Origin: a virus
Taxonomy: Duplodnaviria; Caudoviricetes
DNA: 48,343 bases
Direction: 5' to 3' (one strand)
Virus record (IMG/VR): IMGVR_UViG_3300013885_000007
Coordinates: 1-48,343 of that record
Part shown: piece by piece, positions 37,252 to 45,794 of the stretch
Layout: every line of letters begins with the position of its first letter
Position numbering within the stretch: position 1 is the stretch's first letter
Made by a program: the position numbers and the translations under genes
Notes under the pieces: model-generated
What the model saw: only the letters and a program-made list of their open reading frames with translations
Databases searched by the model: none
What the model was told of the DNA's origin: nothing

Positions 37252-37666
37252 AAATGTGGAAATAAAGCTGAATCTCGGCAAGGCTAGGAAATACGTCAAG
37301 GATAAGATGCTAGCCGGAATGGAACGGGCGAGCGCCTGGCTGGAGGGAACGGTTAAACGCAGTTTCAAACTGGGAACGGGCAGGAAATACAGGCGAGGAC
37401 GGAAATATCACATTGCTTCCGCACCTGGCCAACCTCCAGCAGTCGATACCGGGCGATTGAGAGCCAGTATAACCCACGAAGTATGCAAAGAAAGCAACCA
37501 GATCATTGGACTGGTGGGCACTAATGTGGAATATGCGCCTCACCTTGAATTCGGAACGAACAAAATGGCTGCCAGGCCTTTTTTGCGGCCAGCTTTGTTT
37601 AATAACATTCCGGAAATAAAACGGCAGCTGTGGCTGGGGGCGAAGAAAGCGGGCGATGGTAAATGA
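37244..37666 (+). CDS. HK97 gp10-family tail completion protein
   Basis: PAVDTGRLRASI, YAPHLEFGT.KMAARPFLRPA. Confidence 0.85.
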   Translation: MAKNVEIKLNLGKARKYVKDKMLAGMERASAWLEGTVKRSFKLGTGRKYRRGRKYHIASAPGQPPAVDTGRLRASITHEVCKESNQIIGLVGTNVEYAPHLEFGTNKMAARPFLRPALFNNIPEIKRQLWLGAKKAGDGK

Positions 37667-38082
37667 GCGTTTTTACTGCTGCCGTTTACAACCGGCTTAG
37701 AAACGACGCCAACCTGACTACTATGCTCAGTACGTACAACGGGCGGCCGGCGATTTTCACCGTTAATCCGGTACCGGGAGATGCAGAGCTGCCCTACATT
37801 GTGGCTGCAGGCCATGTGGCGGATGCACCGTGGGATACCAAAACCAGCCGGGGGCGTGATATTCTGCGGGATATACGCTGTTATACAGAGGCCACGGGCA
37901 GTATGACCCTGGTGGAGAGCATGGCTGAGCGGGTGCGGATTCTTTTTCACCGCCAGAAAATCCCGGTGGAAGGGTACAGCAATATAATGACTATATGTAC
38001 TGGACCAATGACCGGCCCTGTGGACGGTTTGGTTTATGGGTTAATAGTCACCGTTCAATTTGTTTTTGAGGAGGTAGTCTAA
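37663..38082 (+). CDS. Tail terminator (DUF3168-like)
   Basis: AVYNRL..DA.L, PYIV; gene order. Confidence 0.75.
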   Translation: MSVFTAAVYNRLRNDANLTTMLSTYNGRPAIFTVNPVPGDAELPYIVAAGHVADAPWDTKTSRGRDILRDIRCYTEATGSMTLVESMAERVRILFHRQKIPVEGYSNIMTICTGPMTGPVDGLVYGLIVTVQFVFEEVV

Positions 38083-38619
38083 ATGCCGAACATTACTCAG
38101 TTTAGCCCGCATTCTGGGCGATATATCAAAGATGATGGTTCGGTCGTTAACCTGGCAGAGAAGATTGAGGCGATTTATAATGCTTTAATTGTTGGTAAAA
38201 ACGCCGGTGTTCAACTAACGGGCAGTAGTCTACTAGAAGCGCAAGCTCTATATATACAGAAAAAAGGGTGGGAAATAGTAGAATTATCTAATTCTGCTGG
38301 GGATACTATTGCTGCAAGTACAAGTAAAATTTACTGGCTAGCTAATCCTCGAAATATTGATGAAATTATAGTGCAATTCTTAGAAACTAATATGCTTGCT
38401 CATAGTAACCAAATGCAAATAGGCTATTATGCCCAAAATTCAGGAGTATCTTTAGAGTTTATTGATTTAATTCCTTCTGGTAATCGTCTTGCAGGAGTTA
38501 GTGGTTTTACTAGAGTGAAATATGTGAATAGTGGGGGATATTCTGTAGGTATTATTATTAAAAATAATGATACTGTAGATCATACATACCGGGTATATCT
38601 TTCTAAAAAATACCTGTAA
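38083..38619 (+). CDS. Putative virion accessory protein with an AT-rich C-terminal domain
   Basis: GGAGG RBS; composition shifts to AT-rich directly after the VQLTGS codons. Confidence 0.75.
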   Translation: MPNITQFSPHSGRYIKDDGSVVNLAEKIEAIYNALIVGKNAGVQLTGSSLLEAQALYIQKKGWEIVELSNSAGDTIAASTSKIYWLANPRNIDEIIVQFLETNMLAHSNQMQIGYYAQNSGVSLEFIDLIPSGNRLAGVSGFTRVKYVNSGGYSVGIIIKNNDTVDHTYRVYLSKKYL

Positions 38620-38839
38620 TGAGTAGGAGGGAATTTTTATGTTACCAGATGGGTTTAAAATTGACATAAATGGCTTTGTTATTTTAGAAGAAACAAAAAA
38701 CGGTCAAATCATAGCAAACCAAGAAGAAGTTGCTTCTCGTATAGCAGATAAAGAAAACCAAACCGGCAAATGGGCGGAATATATCAAACAATGGGAAGCA
38801 GAAGGTCTCATTTAAAAAGTCTATACAGCTAACGGGTGG
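38208..38839 (+). repeat. Imperfect direct repeats bounding the AT-rich cassette
   Basis: TGTTCAACTAACGGGCAG (38208-38225) and TATACAGCTAACGGGTGG (38822-38839): 13/18 identical with a shared CTAACGGG core. Confidence 0.5.
38639..38815 (+). CDS. 58-aa hypothetical protein (not in the ORF track)
   Basis: AGGAGGG RBS; MLPDGFKIDINGFVILEE...WEAEGLI. Confidence 0.75.
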   Translation: MLPDGFKIDINGFVILEETKNGQIIANQEEVASRIADKENQTGKWAEYIKQWEAEGLI

Positions 38840-38852
38840 CGATAGTTGAATA

Positions 38853-38878
38853 ATGAGGGGGAATCCATCCCCCCTCAT
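38853..38878. terminator. Hairpin at convergent gene ends
   Basis: ATGAGGGGGA...CCCCCTCAT. Confidence 0.55.
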
Positions 38879-39168
38879 TCCTTACCATCTTGGGGCTTGA
38901 ATCCGATTTCTTTTGGCTCGGGTTCCTTAATTTCGCCTTTTTCTATTGTGATACCCTGCAATCGAGCTAACAGTAAAATTATTGAAACCGTACATATTTG
39001 GCCCATTTGGGTTGAACCACCATCATAGCAACCTTTTCGGGCGTTCCCCAAAAACTCGCAAATCGGAACTGCTACACAATCGCCCTCTCTTTCAAAAAGT
39101 TTTATTGGTGTAAGGCGTGGCAATTCTAATTTTAAACTCGCAGGCCATTGATTTACTGTTTTGCTCAT
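38875..39168 (-). CDS. Hypothetical moron protein
   Basis: AAAGGAGGTG RBS on the minus strand; own sigmaH-like promoter. Confidence 0.7.
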   Translation of the reverse strand: MSKTVNQWPASLKLELPRLTPIKLFEREGDCVAVPICEFLGNARKGCYDGGSTQMGQICTVSIILLLARLQGITIEKGEIKEPEPKEIGFKPQDGKE

Positions 39169-39195
39169 AAAGAAACACCTCCTTTCACTGGGGAA

Positions 39196-39367
39196 ATTTC
39201 GACAAAAATATAGGAAATCCTGGTATTTATGGTTGTATTTTTCTTAGGCTTTTTTATTGGGATGATGACAAAAACCGGAATCGCCGAATGGTACTTTCGC
39301 CGTTTGCGGCTTCGTGATGGCTGCAAGCTAAAAGGAGGTATTTCGACACAACTATACAAAATCCTGG
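39196..39367 (-). promoter_or_regulatory. Two 28-bp repeats resembling sigmaH promoters
   Basis: 39196-39223 and 39340-39367 are 24/28 identical; minus strand reads AGGATTT...GTCGAAAT. Confidence 0.5.
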
Positions 39368-39371
39368 CAAA

Positions 39372-39419
39372 AGAACAAATGTTTTGGGTTTGACTTGTAT
39401 TTCCAGCGCATGGTATGGT
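39372..39419 (+). promoter_or_regulatory. LexA (SOS)-like box plus sigmaA promoter for the tyrosine recombinase
   Basis: GAAC-AAAT-GTTT (39373-39384) just upstream of TTGACT -18 bp- TG.TATGGT. Confidence 0.55.
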
Positions 39420-39426
39420 AATGTAG

Positions 39427-39528
39427 AAGCAGGCTAATCCGGCCTGATCAACCGGGTGAAAGGCGCTCCCGCAGGCGCTGCCTGCTTTTATCATCTGCGG
39501 GACCAAAAAATACCTTGCGGGAGGTATT
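39427..39528 (+). ncRNA. Structured RNA leader (three-way junction plus an SD-sequestering hairpin with complementary loops)
   Basis: Stems AAGCAGGC/GCCTGCTT, TCCGG/CCGGG, GCGC/GCGC and AATACCT/AGGTATT; loops CCCGCA and TGCGGG. Confidence 0.65.
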
Positions 39529-39534
39529 CATACC

Positions 39535-40374
39535 ATGCATCTCTCTGAAGCATGGTCTGCTTATGAAGCAGACAAGCGCTTGGCGGGGTATTCCCCGTAT
39601 ACCCTGAAGGCGTACAAACTCCAATCCGAACTTCTCACGAGACACATTGGTGACAAAGAACTTGCAGAAGTTACATTTGAGAATCTGAAGGCTTACCTGG
39701 CTGCTCAGGAGCATCTTAAACCGGCCAGCCTGGGTCACCGGGTAAGGTTTATCAAGTCGTTTTTCCGGTGGGCGCATGAGGAAGGCCTAATAATCGGCAA
39801 TCCAGCGGCGAAACTCCGGGAACCAAAAATGGGGAAAAGAATACCAAAACCCCTGCCGGAGGAAGATTTAGAATCTATCATTGCCTTCTGCCAATCTCCG
39901 TTAGAGCATGCCCTGGTAGAGTTTATCTTTACCACAGGCTGCCGAATCGGGGAAGTTTATGGGCTCAATCGACGGGACATTGACTGGGAAACGCGTTCGG
40001 TTATTGTCCGGGGCAAAGGAGATAAAGAGCGGGAAGTGTATTTTTCAATCCGGGCAGCTATTTGGCTGAAGAAATACTTAAAATCCAGAAAAGATGATTG
40101 TTCAGCCTTATTCGCAACGGAACGCCGCCCCTATCGCCGGATGAGTATAGCGCAGATGAGATATATCCTTAAGCGGGTGGCTCGTCGGGCTGACCTGACA
40201 ACGGGGATTTATCCACATAGGTTGCGCCATAGTTATGCGTGCCACATGCTGGAAAATGGTGCGCCGCTGGAACTCATCCAAACTTTGCTCGGCCACGAAA
40301 AATTAGAGACAACCCGCCTGTATGCGGCTCTATCAGGTCCACGCAGGCGTGAGTTATACCGGCGATATTTTTAA
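39535..40374 (+). CDS. XerC/D-like tyrosine recombinase
   Basis: SAM-like N-terminal domain; TGCRIGE, GKGDKER, HRLRH, LLGH, TT.LY: intact R-K-H-R-H-Y set. Confidence 0.95.
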   Translation: MHLSEAWSAYEADKRLAGYSPYTLKAYKLQSELLTRHIGDKELAEVTFENLKAYLAAQEHLKPASLGHRVRFIKSFFRWAHEEGLIIGNPAAKLREPKMGKRIPKPLPEEDLESIIAFCQSPLEHALVEFIFTTGCRIGEVYGLNRRDIDWETRSVIVRGKGDKEREVYFSIRAAIWLKKYLKSRKDDCSALFATERRPYRRMSIAQMRYILKRVARRADLTTGIYPHRLRHSYACHMLENGAPLELIQTLLGHEKLETTRLYAALSGPRRRELYRRYF

Positions 40375-40402
40375 CTTTGCTTACTTCCAATAAAGCATCA
40401 CT

Positions 40403-40432
40403 AACTGCTCCACAACGGGGCAGTTTGTATTT
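40403..40432 (+). terminator. Hairpin/terminator after the recombinase
   Basis: AACTGCTCC-ACAAC-GGGGCAGTT followed by TGTATTTT. Confidence 0.55.
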
Positions 40433-40454
40433 TAAATTAAAGGAGTTGATCTAT

Positions 40455-40859
40455 ATGCCTGCAGTAAGCGGCGTGGATTTCTTGGTCAAAGTGAATACCG
40501 GGACAGAACAGACTCCGGTCTGGACCACCGTGGGTGGTCAGCGCAACGCCACATTGAATCTCGAAAGTGATGCCATCGACACCACCAGCAAGGACAGCAA
40601 CGGCTGGCATGAGGAACTTGTTGGTATCAACAATTGGAGTATCGAGTTTGATGGGCTAATCCTGGAAGATGATACTGGATACATGGAACTCGAAGAGGCT
40701 TATATGAATAAATCACTAGTTATGGTGCAGTTATCCACTCCTGCCGGAAAAACCTACACCGGCAAGGCCAGGGTAACCCTGAGCATGGAAGGCCCTTATG
40801 AAGGAGAGGCGACAATTAGTGGCACCTTGACCGGTTCCGGCCAGTTGACTAAGGTTTAA
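40455..40859 (+). CDS. Major tail tube protein (TP901-1-like)
   Basis: GGQRNATL, IDTTSKDSNGW.E...G...WSIE.DG; AAGGAG RBS before ATG 40455. Confidence 0.88.
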   Translation: MPAVSGVDFLVKVNTGTEQTPVWTTVGGQRNATLNLESDAIDTTSKDSNGWHEELVGINNWSIEFDGLILEDDTGYMELEEAYMNKSLVMVQLSTPAGKTYTGKARVTLSMEGPYEGEATISGTLTGSGQLTKV

Positions 40860-40876
40860 GGGAGTGTGGATAGATA

Positions 40877-41206
40877 ATGGCAACATTAAATGTTTATAGA
40901 GTTGACCTGGACGGTGGTAAACCGTCCTTCGTACCGGCCAGCGCCGGGGGAGATGATTTTATCAATTCCGGTAAGGCGTTCCTTATCGTGAAAAACGGTG
41001 GGACTGGAGCCGTCACAGTGACGATAAATTCTCAAACTCCATGTAGTTATGGCTTTGACCATGACGTACAGGTGTCCGTGGTTGCTGGTGACGAATCCTG
41101 GATCGGACCATTCCCAAAGGCCAGGTTCAATAACCAGGATAACAAGGTGCAGGTCACTTACAGCGATGTCACTTCCGTTACCGTGGCCGCGGTGGAGGTA
41201 GGATAA
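40877..41206 (+). CDS. Tail-associated beta-rich protein
   Basis: GD.F.N.G...L.VKNG, IGPFP..RFN; next to the tail tube gene. Confidence 0.65.
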   Translation: MATLNVYRVDLDGGKPSFVPASAGGDDFINSGKAFLIVKNGGTGAVTVTINSQTPCSYGFDHDVQVSVVAGDESWIGPFPKARFNNQDNKVQVTYSDVTSVTVAAVEVG

Positions 41207-41207
41207 T

Positions 41208-41537
41208 ATGCCGAGAAATAAAACCGTAACCATCAACGGTAAGCAGGTCACAGTCAGGGAGCACAAAATTAAAGAGCTTCGGGAAGACATTATCCCGAAG
41301 CTCTCTTCTTTCATGGATATGCAGAAGTTGGCCGGGAAAGAAATTAAGGACATCATTCCGTTCTTTGAGGCCCGCCTGGCCGAGTTTTTCCCGGAAATCA
41401 CAGAAGCCGATATTGACGAAGCCTATCCCAGTGAAATTGAGGCTTTGCTGGAAACCTGGATTGACGTAAATTTTTTTGGCTTAAAGAAAATCTACAAGCC
41501 GGTGCTGTCTTTAGCCCAGATGGGTACGCCGCAATAG
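41208..41537 (+). CDS. Tail assembly chaperone (gpG-like)
   Basis: Position before the tape measure gene; contains a slippery site. Confidence 0.8.
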   Translation: MPRNKTVTINGKQVTVREHKIKELREDIIPKLSSFMDMQKLAGKEIKDIIPFFEARLAEFFPEITEADIDEAYPSEIEALLETWIDVNFFGLKKIYKPVLSLAQMGTPQ

Positions 41538-41848
41538 CCGTCTTGATAGGCCGGGAAACTGGCTGGCCGCCGGAAGTGTGGGGAAAATGGACGGTCAGGG
41601 AGCTTGAGAATTTTCTCAAGGCCCTGACTGATGTCCTCACGGTGGAAGACTACCGGAATTGGCACAGGTTTGCTTTCCTGGCGTCGGTGATAGCGAACGT
41701 TAACCAGGGCCGGCGTGGACGTAAATTTAAGCCGGAGGATTTCATTGGCAGGCCCCCCTGGGAGAAAAAGAAAAAGCCTTTTCGAAAGAGCAGAGAAGAA
41801 CAGCTGAGGGAGCTACAGGAAATAAAGAAAAGGTTTGGGGAAGCATAG
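41468..41848 (+). CDS. -1 frameshift extension of the tail chaperone (gpGT-like)
   Basis: A AAT TTT TTT at 41468-41477; the -1 frame is open from there through ORF 41543..41848. Confidence 0.75.
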   Translation, partial: KFFWLKENLQAGAVFSPDGYAAIAVLIGRETGWPPEVWGKWTVRELENFLKALTDVLTVEDYRNWHRFAFLASVIANVNQGRRGRKFKPEDFIGRPPWEKKKKPFRKSREEQLRELQEIKKRFGEA

Positions 41849-41870
41849 TCGGAGTTATTTTTCTATGGCT

Positions 41871-42461
41871 TCATGTTATTTCCTTGAACCTATTTAATTC
41901 GGGATGTTGTTGATATATTTCCGGGTAGACTGTTAAGAAAAGTCCGTTATTTGCTGCATATGTAGTAAATTCTGATTTATCAAAAGCGGTCCAGTTAATT
42001 TCATGAAACTTTTGCCTTGATAGTTCTACAAAAAAGCTTGGTTCCCAATAAATTTTCTCTTGACTTGTATCAAGTTGCCATGTCCATGCGCGCGCTCCGT
42101 CTTTGGTGAAGGGTAAACAGATAAGGAAGGTGATATTTTGGATGTTTGGATTGTCTTCAAAGAGTTTTTTAAATAAAGGGGCGATTTTGATGCTTATTGC
42201 TTCATCCAGCGACTGTTCTCCTGTTTTAAATTTTGGCGGGAAGAAAGCGTAAACAATATCTAACTGACCTGTATCGTAATATTTACCTTTGACAAAACCG
42301 CTACCTCTTTCGTGGGTTAAGGTACCTATTGCCAAACGAGCTGATTCCACTGGATTTTCTTGTGTGAATTTTTGGTTGGAAGGAACGATAATAAATCGAT
42401 GGATTAGAAAAGTTGCGAGAATTATGCTAACAACAAACCAAAATAGTTTTTGTTTTGGCAT
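41871..42461 (-). CDS. Membrane-anchored moron protein
   Basis: N-terminal TM helix, AT-rich, opposite strand, AAAGGAGGTG RBS. Confidence 0.75.
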   Translation of the reverse strand: MPKQKLFWFVVSIILATFLIHRFIIVPSNQKFTQENPVESARLAIGTLTHERGSGFVKGKYYDTGQLDIVYAFFPPKFKTGEQSLDEAISIKIAPLFKKLFEDNPNIQNITFLICLPFTKDGARAWTWQLDTSQEKIYWEPSFFVELSRQKFHEINWTAFDKSEFTTYAANNGLFLTVYPEIYQQHPELNRFKEIT

Positions 42462-42544
42462 TAATTCACCTCCTTTCAGTTTGGTAACATTTAACTATAT
42501 ACAGAAAAATCCTTTAAAATCCTTCCTAATTGGAGGGTTATGCC

Positions 42545-45358
42545 ATGAAAGTCGGCGAACTTTTTGTCGTTTTAGGGCTAGATAATAAGGAATTTGAGCG
42601 TGGGCTGGACTCATCCAAGAAATCTGTTGACAGTTTTAGCACATATGTCAATAAGAAGTTCACACAGATCGGCGAAGGTATGAAGAACCTAGGGACAAAG
42701 ATGTCCCTCTTTTTAACTGCGCCTTTAACTTTGGTAGGCCGCAAGGCAATTCAGATGGCTTCTGACGTTGTAGAGTCTGAAAATCTTTTCGAGGTTAGTA
42801 TGGGCAGTATGGGTAAAGCAGCCAGGCAGTGGAGTATCGATTTGAGCAAAGCTCTGGGACTCAATCAGTATGAAGTGAGAAAAACGCTAGCTACTTTCAA
42901 TGTTATGTTGGGGTCTATGGGGTTCAGCGAAGAGGCCGCTTACAGCATGGCTAAAGGGTTAACACAGCTTTCTTATGATATGAGTTCTTTTTATAATCTT
43001 AAACCAGAACAAGCCTTCGAAAAGCTGCAGTCGGGTATCAGTGGTGAAATAGAGCCTTTGAAACAATTAGGAATTTTGGTAAGCGACACTATAATACAGC
43101 AGTGGGCATTACAACACGGTTGGATTAGGGAAGGCCAGCAGCTTTCTGAAAATCAGAAGATATTGGCTCGCTATAACGTGATCATGGAAGCTACCAGAAA
43201 AGCTCAGGGGGATCTTGCCCGCACGATGGATAGCCCGGCAAACACGGCCAGGAGGCGTGAGGCCCAGCTTGCTGAAGCTCAGGTCGAGGCAGGGAAGCGT
43301 TTACTTGATGCTACAAAGGCAATCAACCTGGCGCTGGGCAGACTGGCTGAAATGTTTCTAAAATTACCGCCGGGGATGCAGTCAGCGATAGTTTATTTGG
43401 CGATCTTTGCTGCCGCCCTTGGGCCACTTCTGTATGGACTGGGAACATTAATATTATTAGGGCCGGTGCTAATTGCCCGCTTTAAATCATTTTCAATTGC
43501 CGCTTTCGCTGCGCGCATGGTAAGCCTGTTGAAAGTTGCAATCCAGGGTCTTTACATTGCGATGACCAGAAATCCTGTAACGGGAGTAATAATACTCATA
43601 GCTGGAGCATTATTGTCGTTAGCCCTGTCATCAAAAACCGTCCGGGACTGGCTAGACCAGGTGATTGCCAGACTTCGGGCGCTCGCAGGTTTGGACTATA
43701 AGCCGCCCGATATGGCGGGGGCAGATCCTTCCAAAGTTGCCGATGCATATGACGAATATATTAAGCAACTTCAAGGCGTCGGGGATGCCACAAAAGATGC
43801 GAATAAGGAAACAAAAAAATTCCTGGCCTCTTTTGATGAGGTCTACCAAGTACCTGAGGAAAATGGTGGAGGTTTGGGCGGAGGAATTGGTAATATCCCT
43901 AAACCGCCTTCTGTAGAACCCCCGATAGGAGGGGGAGGAGGCGGGGGCGGGGGAGATGTTAAAATCCCTGGTATCGATACGATTATTAGTGGGTTTCAAA
44001 GACTGGCCGAGGCATGTTCAGCAGCAATGGAACAAATTAAGGCTAAATATGCCGAAGTCAAGGCGGAACTTGCAAAACCTCTGTATTTGTTTGTGGTCTA
44101 TGATCCCGTTATCGTAGGGTTGACAACAGTTGAAGCTGTGGCTGTTAATGTAGCGTCAGCTATTCAGACCGCATGGGTAAATCTCCAAGCAGCAACACAA
44201 GTTATTTGGACGAATATAACAACATCTCTGAACACAATATGGGCGGCCATGCAGCTTTCAGCCCAGACCATATGGTCCACTGTGGTACAGACAATAAATA
44301 CCTCATGGCTCAATGTTCAGATATTCACTCAAGCCGTGTGGATAGCTATAACCTCTTTCTTGGGTTCTATATGGTCAACAATCGTGACAACTGTCCAGAC
44401 ATCGTTAACCACAGTTCAGACTGTGATAACTACCGTTTGGACGGCAATCTTGACTTTTTTCCAAAATATATGGTCCAGCATTATAACTATTTTTAACACT
44501 GCAGTTACTACAATTCAAACGGCAATTCAAACTGCCTGGGTAGTAGTACAGTCAGTAACAACAGCAGTCTGGACGGCAGTTATGACATTTTGGCAATCTG
44601 TTTGGAGTACGCTTCAGACAGTAGCTCAATCGGCAGTCAGTGCCATTCAGAATCTTGCCCTTACGGCCTGGAACAACATATCAACTCTATTCCGTAATGT
44701 TTGGACAAATATTACTTCATTTTTTGCCAATGCATGGCGTAATTTAACTTCAATTACGCAGACCGAAGCAAGCAATATAATTCGGGCTGCCCAAAGGATG
44801 GCTGCGGGCATCATATCTGCATTAAGTAACCTCCCCTCGCAACTAGGTGCTATAGCATCGCGGGCATGGAGCACCTTCAAGGCACGGCTGATTGATCCAA
44901 TCATGAACTGGTTCAAAAATCAGGGTGGAGGGGGTGGCACATCATCTGGCGGTGGTAAGTCTAATGTTGTTAATTTTCTAGATTATTCCCTGTCGAAAGG
45001 ACGTGTAGGTCAACAACCGAAGGGAATACCTAAGGCTGCTATTACGCCCGTCGGGGCGCCACCTCCCATGCTCCCATCATTAATGCCTTCTTTGGCACCT
45101 ATCCCGGCGCTGGCAGGTGGTGGGATAGTTAACAAGGCAACATTGGCGATGGTCGGGGAAGCTGGCAGGGAGGCAGTTGTTCCTCTGGACGAGGGATGTC
45201 TTATTGATTATAACAGGCTTGCATCGGCAATAGTGGAAGCATTGTCTACAACAGACCTCAAAGCGGTTCTCAAACTTGGCAATCGTGAGCTTACTCAGCT
45301 GGAGCGGGCTCTACAGCCAGCTCGCTGGAATGAGGCAGCCAGAAGAGGGATGTTATGA
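42545..45358 (+). CDS. Tape measure protein
   Basis: VGELFVVLGLD start, TM segment, 11/22-residue Trp periodicity, GGIV...GEAG.EAVVPL C-terminus. Confidence 0.92.
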   Translation: MKVGELFVVLGLDNKEFERGLDSSKKSVDSFSTYVNKKFTQIGEGMKNLGTKMSLFLTAPLTLVGRKAIQMASDVVESENLFEVSMGSMGKAARQWSIDLSKALGLNQYEVRKTLATFNVMLGSMGFSEEAAYSMAKGLTQLSYDMSSFYNLKPEQAFEKLQSGISGEIEPLKQLGILVSDTIIQQWALQHGWIREGQQLSENQKILARYNVIMEATRKAQGDLARTMDSPANTARRREAQLAEAQVEAGKRLLDATKAINLALGRLAEMFLKLPPGMQSAIVYLAIFAAALGPLLYGLGTLILLGPVLIARFKSFSIAAFAARMVSLLKVAIQGLYIAMTRNPVTGVIILIAGALLSLALSSKTVRDWLDQVIARLRALAGLDYKPPDMAGADPSKVADAYDEYIKQLQGVGDATKDANKETKKFLASFDEVYQVPEENGGGLGGGIGNIPKPPSVEPPIGGGGGGGGGDVKIPGIDTIISGFQRLAEACSAAMEQIKAKYAEVKAELAKPLYLFVVYDPVIVGLTTVEAVAVNVASAIQTAWVNLQAATQVIWTNITTSLNTIWAAMQLSAQTIWSTVVQTINTSWLNVQIFTQAVWIAITSFLGSIWSTIVTTVQTSLTTVQTVITTVWTAILTFFQNIWSSIITIFNTAVTTIQTAIQTAWVVVQSVTTAVWTAVMTFWQSVWSTLQTVAQSAVSAIQNLALTAWNNISTLFRNVWTNITSFFANAWRNLTSITQTEASNIIRAAQRMAAGIISALSNLPSQLGAIASRAWSTFKARLIDPIMNWFKNQGGGGGTSSGGGKSNVVNFLDYSLSKGRVGQQPKGIPKAAITPVGAPPPMLPSLMPSLAPIPALAGGGIVNKATLAMVGEAGREAVVPLDEGCLIDYNRLASAIVEALSTTDLKAVLKLGNRELTQLERALQPARWNEAARRGML

Positions 45359-45435
45359 AACTCAACAATATAACAATAAAAACTCCTAATCGAGCGCTAC
45401 AACCTGAGGATGCCAGAACGGGGGCGGTGTTATGA
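45355..45435 (+). pseudogene. 26-codon remnant of a paralog of the next gene
   Basis: DNA similar to the 5' end of 45432..45785 with an ~11-bp deletion; ATGA overlaps at both ends. Confidence 0.55.
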
Positions 45436-45785
45436 GCCTGATTATCGCCGGCGTGACAGTAAAAACACCTACCGAAATGCCCATCGAGAAATACAACCTG
45501 ACCAAGTCCGGCCGAGTGGCGTCGGGAAAGATGACCATGGAGCTGGTAGCTCAGAAGCGAAAACTGGTGTGCAAGTACAATGCCATCCGGGAGGATGACC
45601 TGCAGGTGATTCTGAACAAGATATACAACCCGGCGAGCATGTTTTTTACGGTCACTTATGACGATGCCGGCGGTCCGGTTACCATGACATGCTACGCCGG
45701 AGCCATAAAAGGGGAGCCTGTCCGGCGGGATGTAGACGGGGTGTGGATCTGGAAAGACGTTGAGTTTGCTGTAATAGAGCAATGA
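45432..45785 (+). CDS. Distal tail/tail-tip protein
   Basis: SGR.ASGKM..E.VAQKRKL, YAG, WKDV.F..IEQ; follows the tape measure gene. Confidence 0.75.
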   Translation: MSLIIAGVTVKTPTEMPIEKYNLTKSGRVASGKMTMELVAQKRKLVCKYNAIREDDLQVILNKIYNPASMFFTVTYDDAGGPVTMTCYAGAIKGEPVRRDVDGVWIWKDVEFAVIEQ

Positions 45786-45794
45786 GGTGCGGAA

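Noticed and set aside
39229-39393. 54-codon plus-strand ORF with a hydrophobic N-terminus (possible type I toxin)
   Set aside because: No convincing RBS, and it overlaps promoter-like elements; cannot be supported.
39438-39463. Hammerhead ribozyme (CTGATCA...GAAA)
   Set aside because: The core reads CTGATCA, not CTGANGA, and lies inside a hairpin loop; helix arrangement does not fit.
40380-40400. Inverted copy of the QLTGS recombination site after the recombinase
   Set aside because: Only about 8/17 matches (GGnAGTA core); too weak to call an inversion system.
43866-44955. G-rich tracts and periodic repeats in the tape measure gene
   Set aside because: Explained by Gly linkers and normal Trp-periodic tape-measure repeats; the frame is intact.
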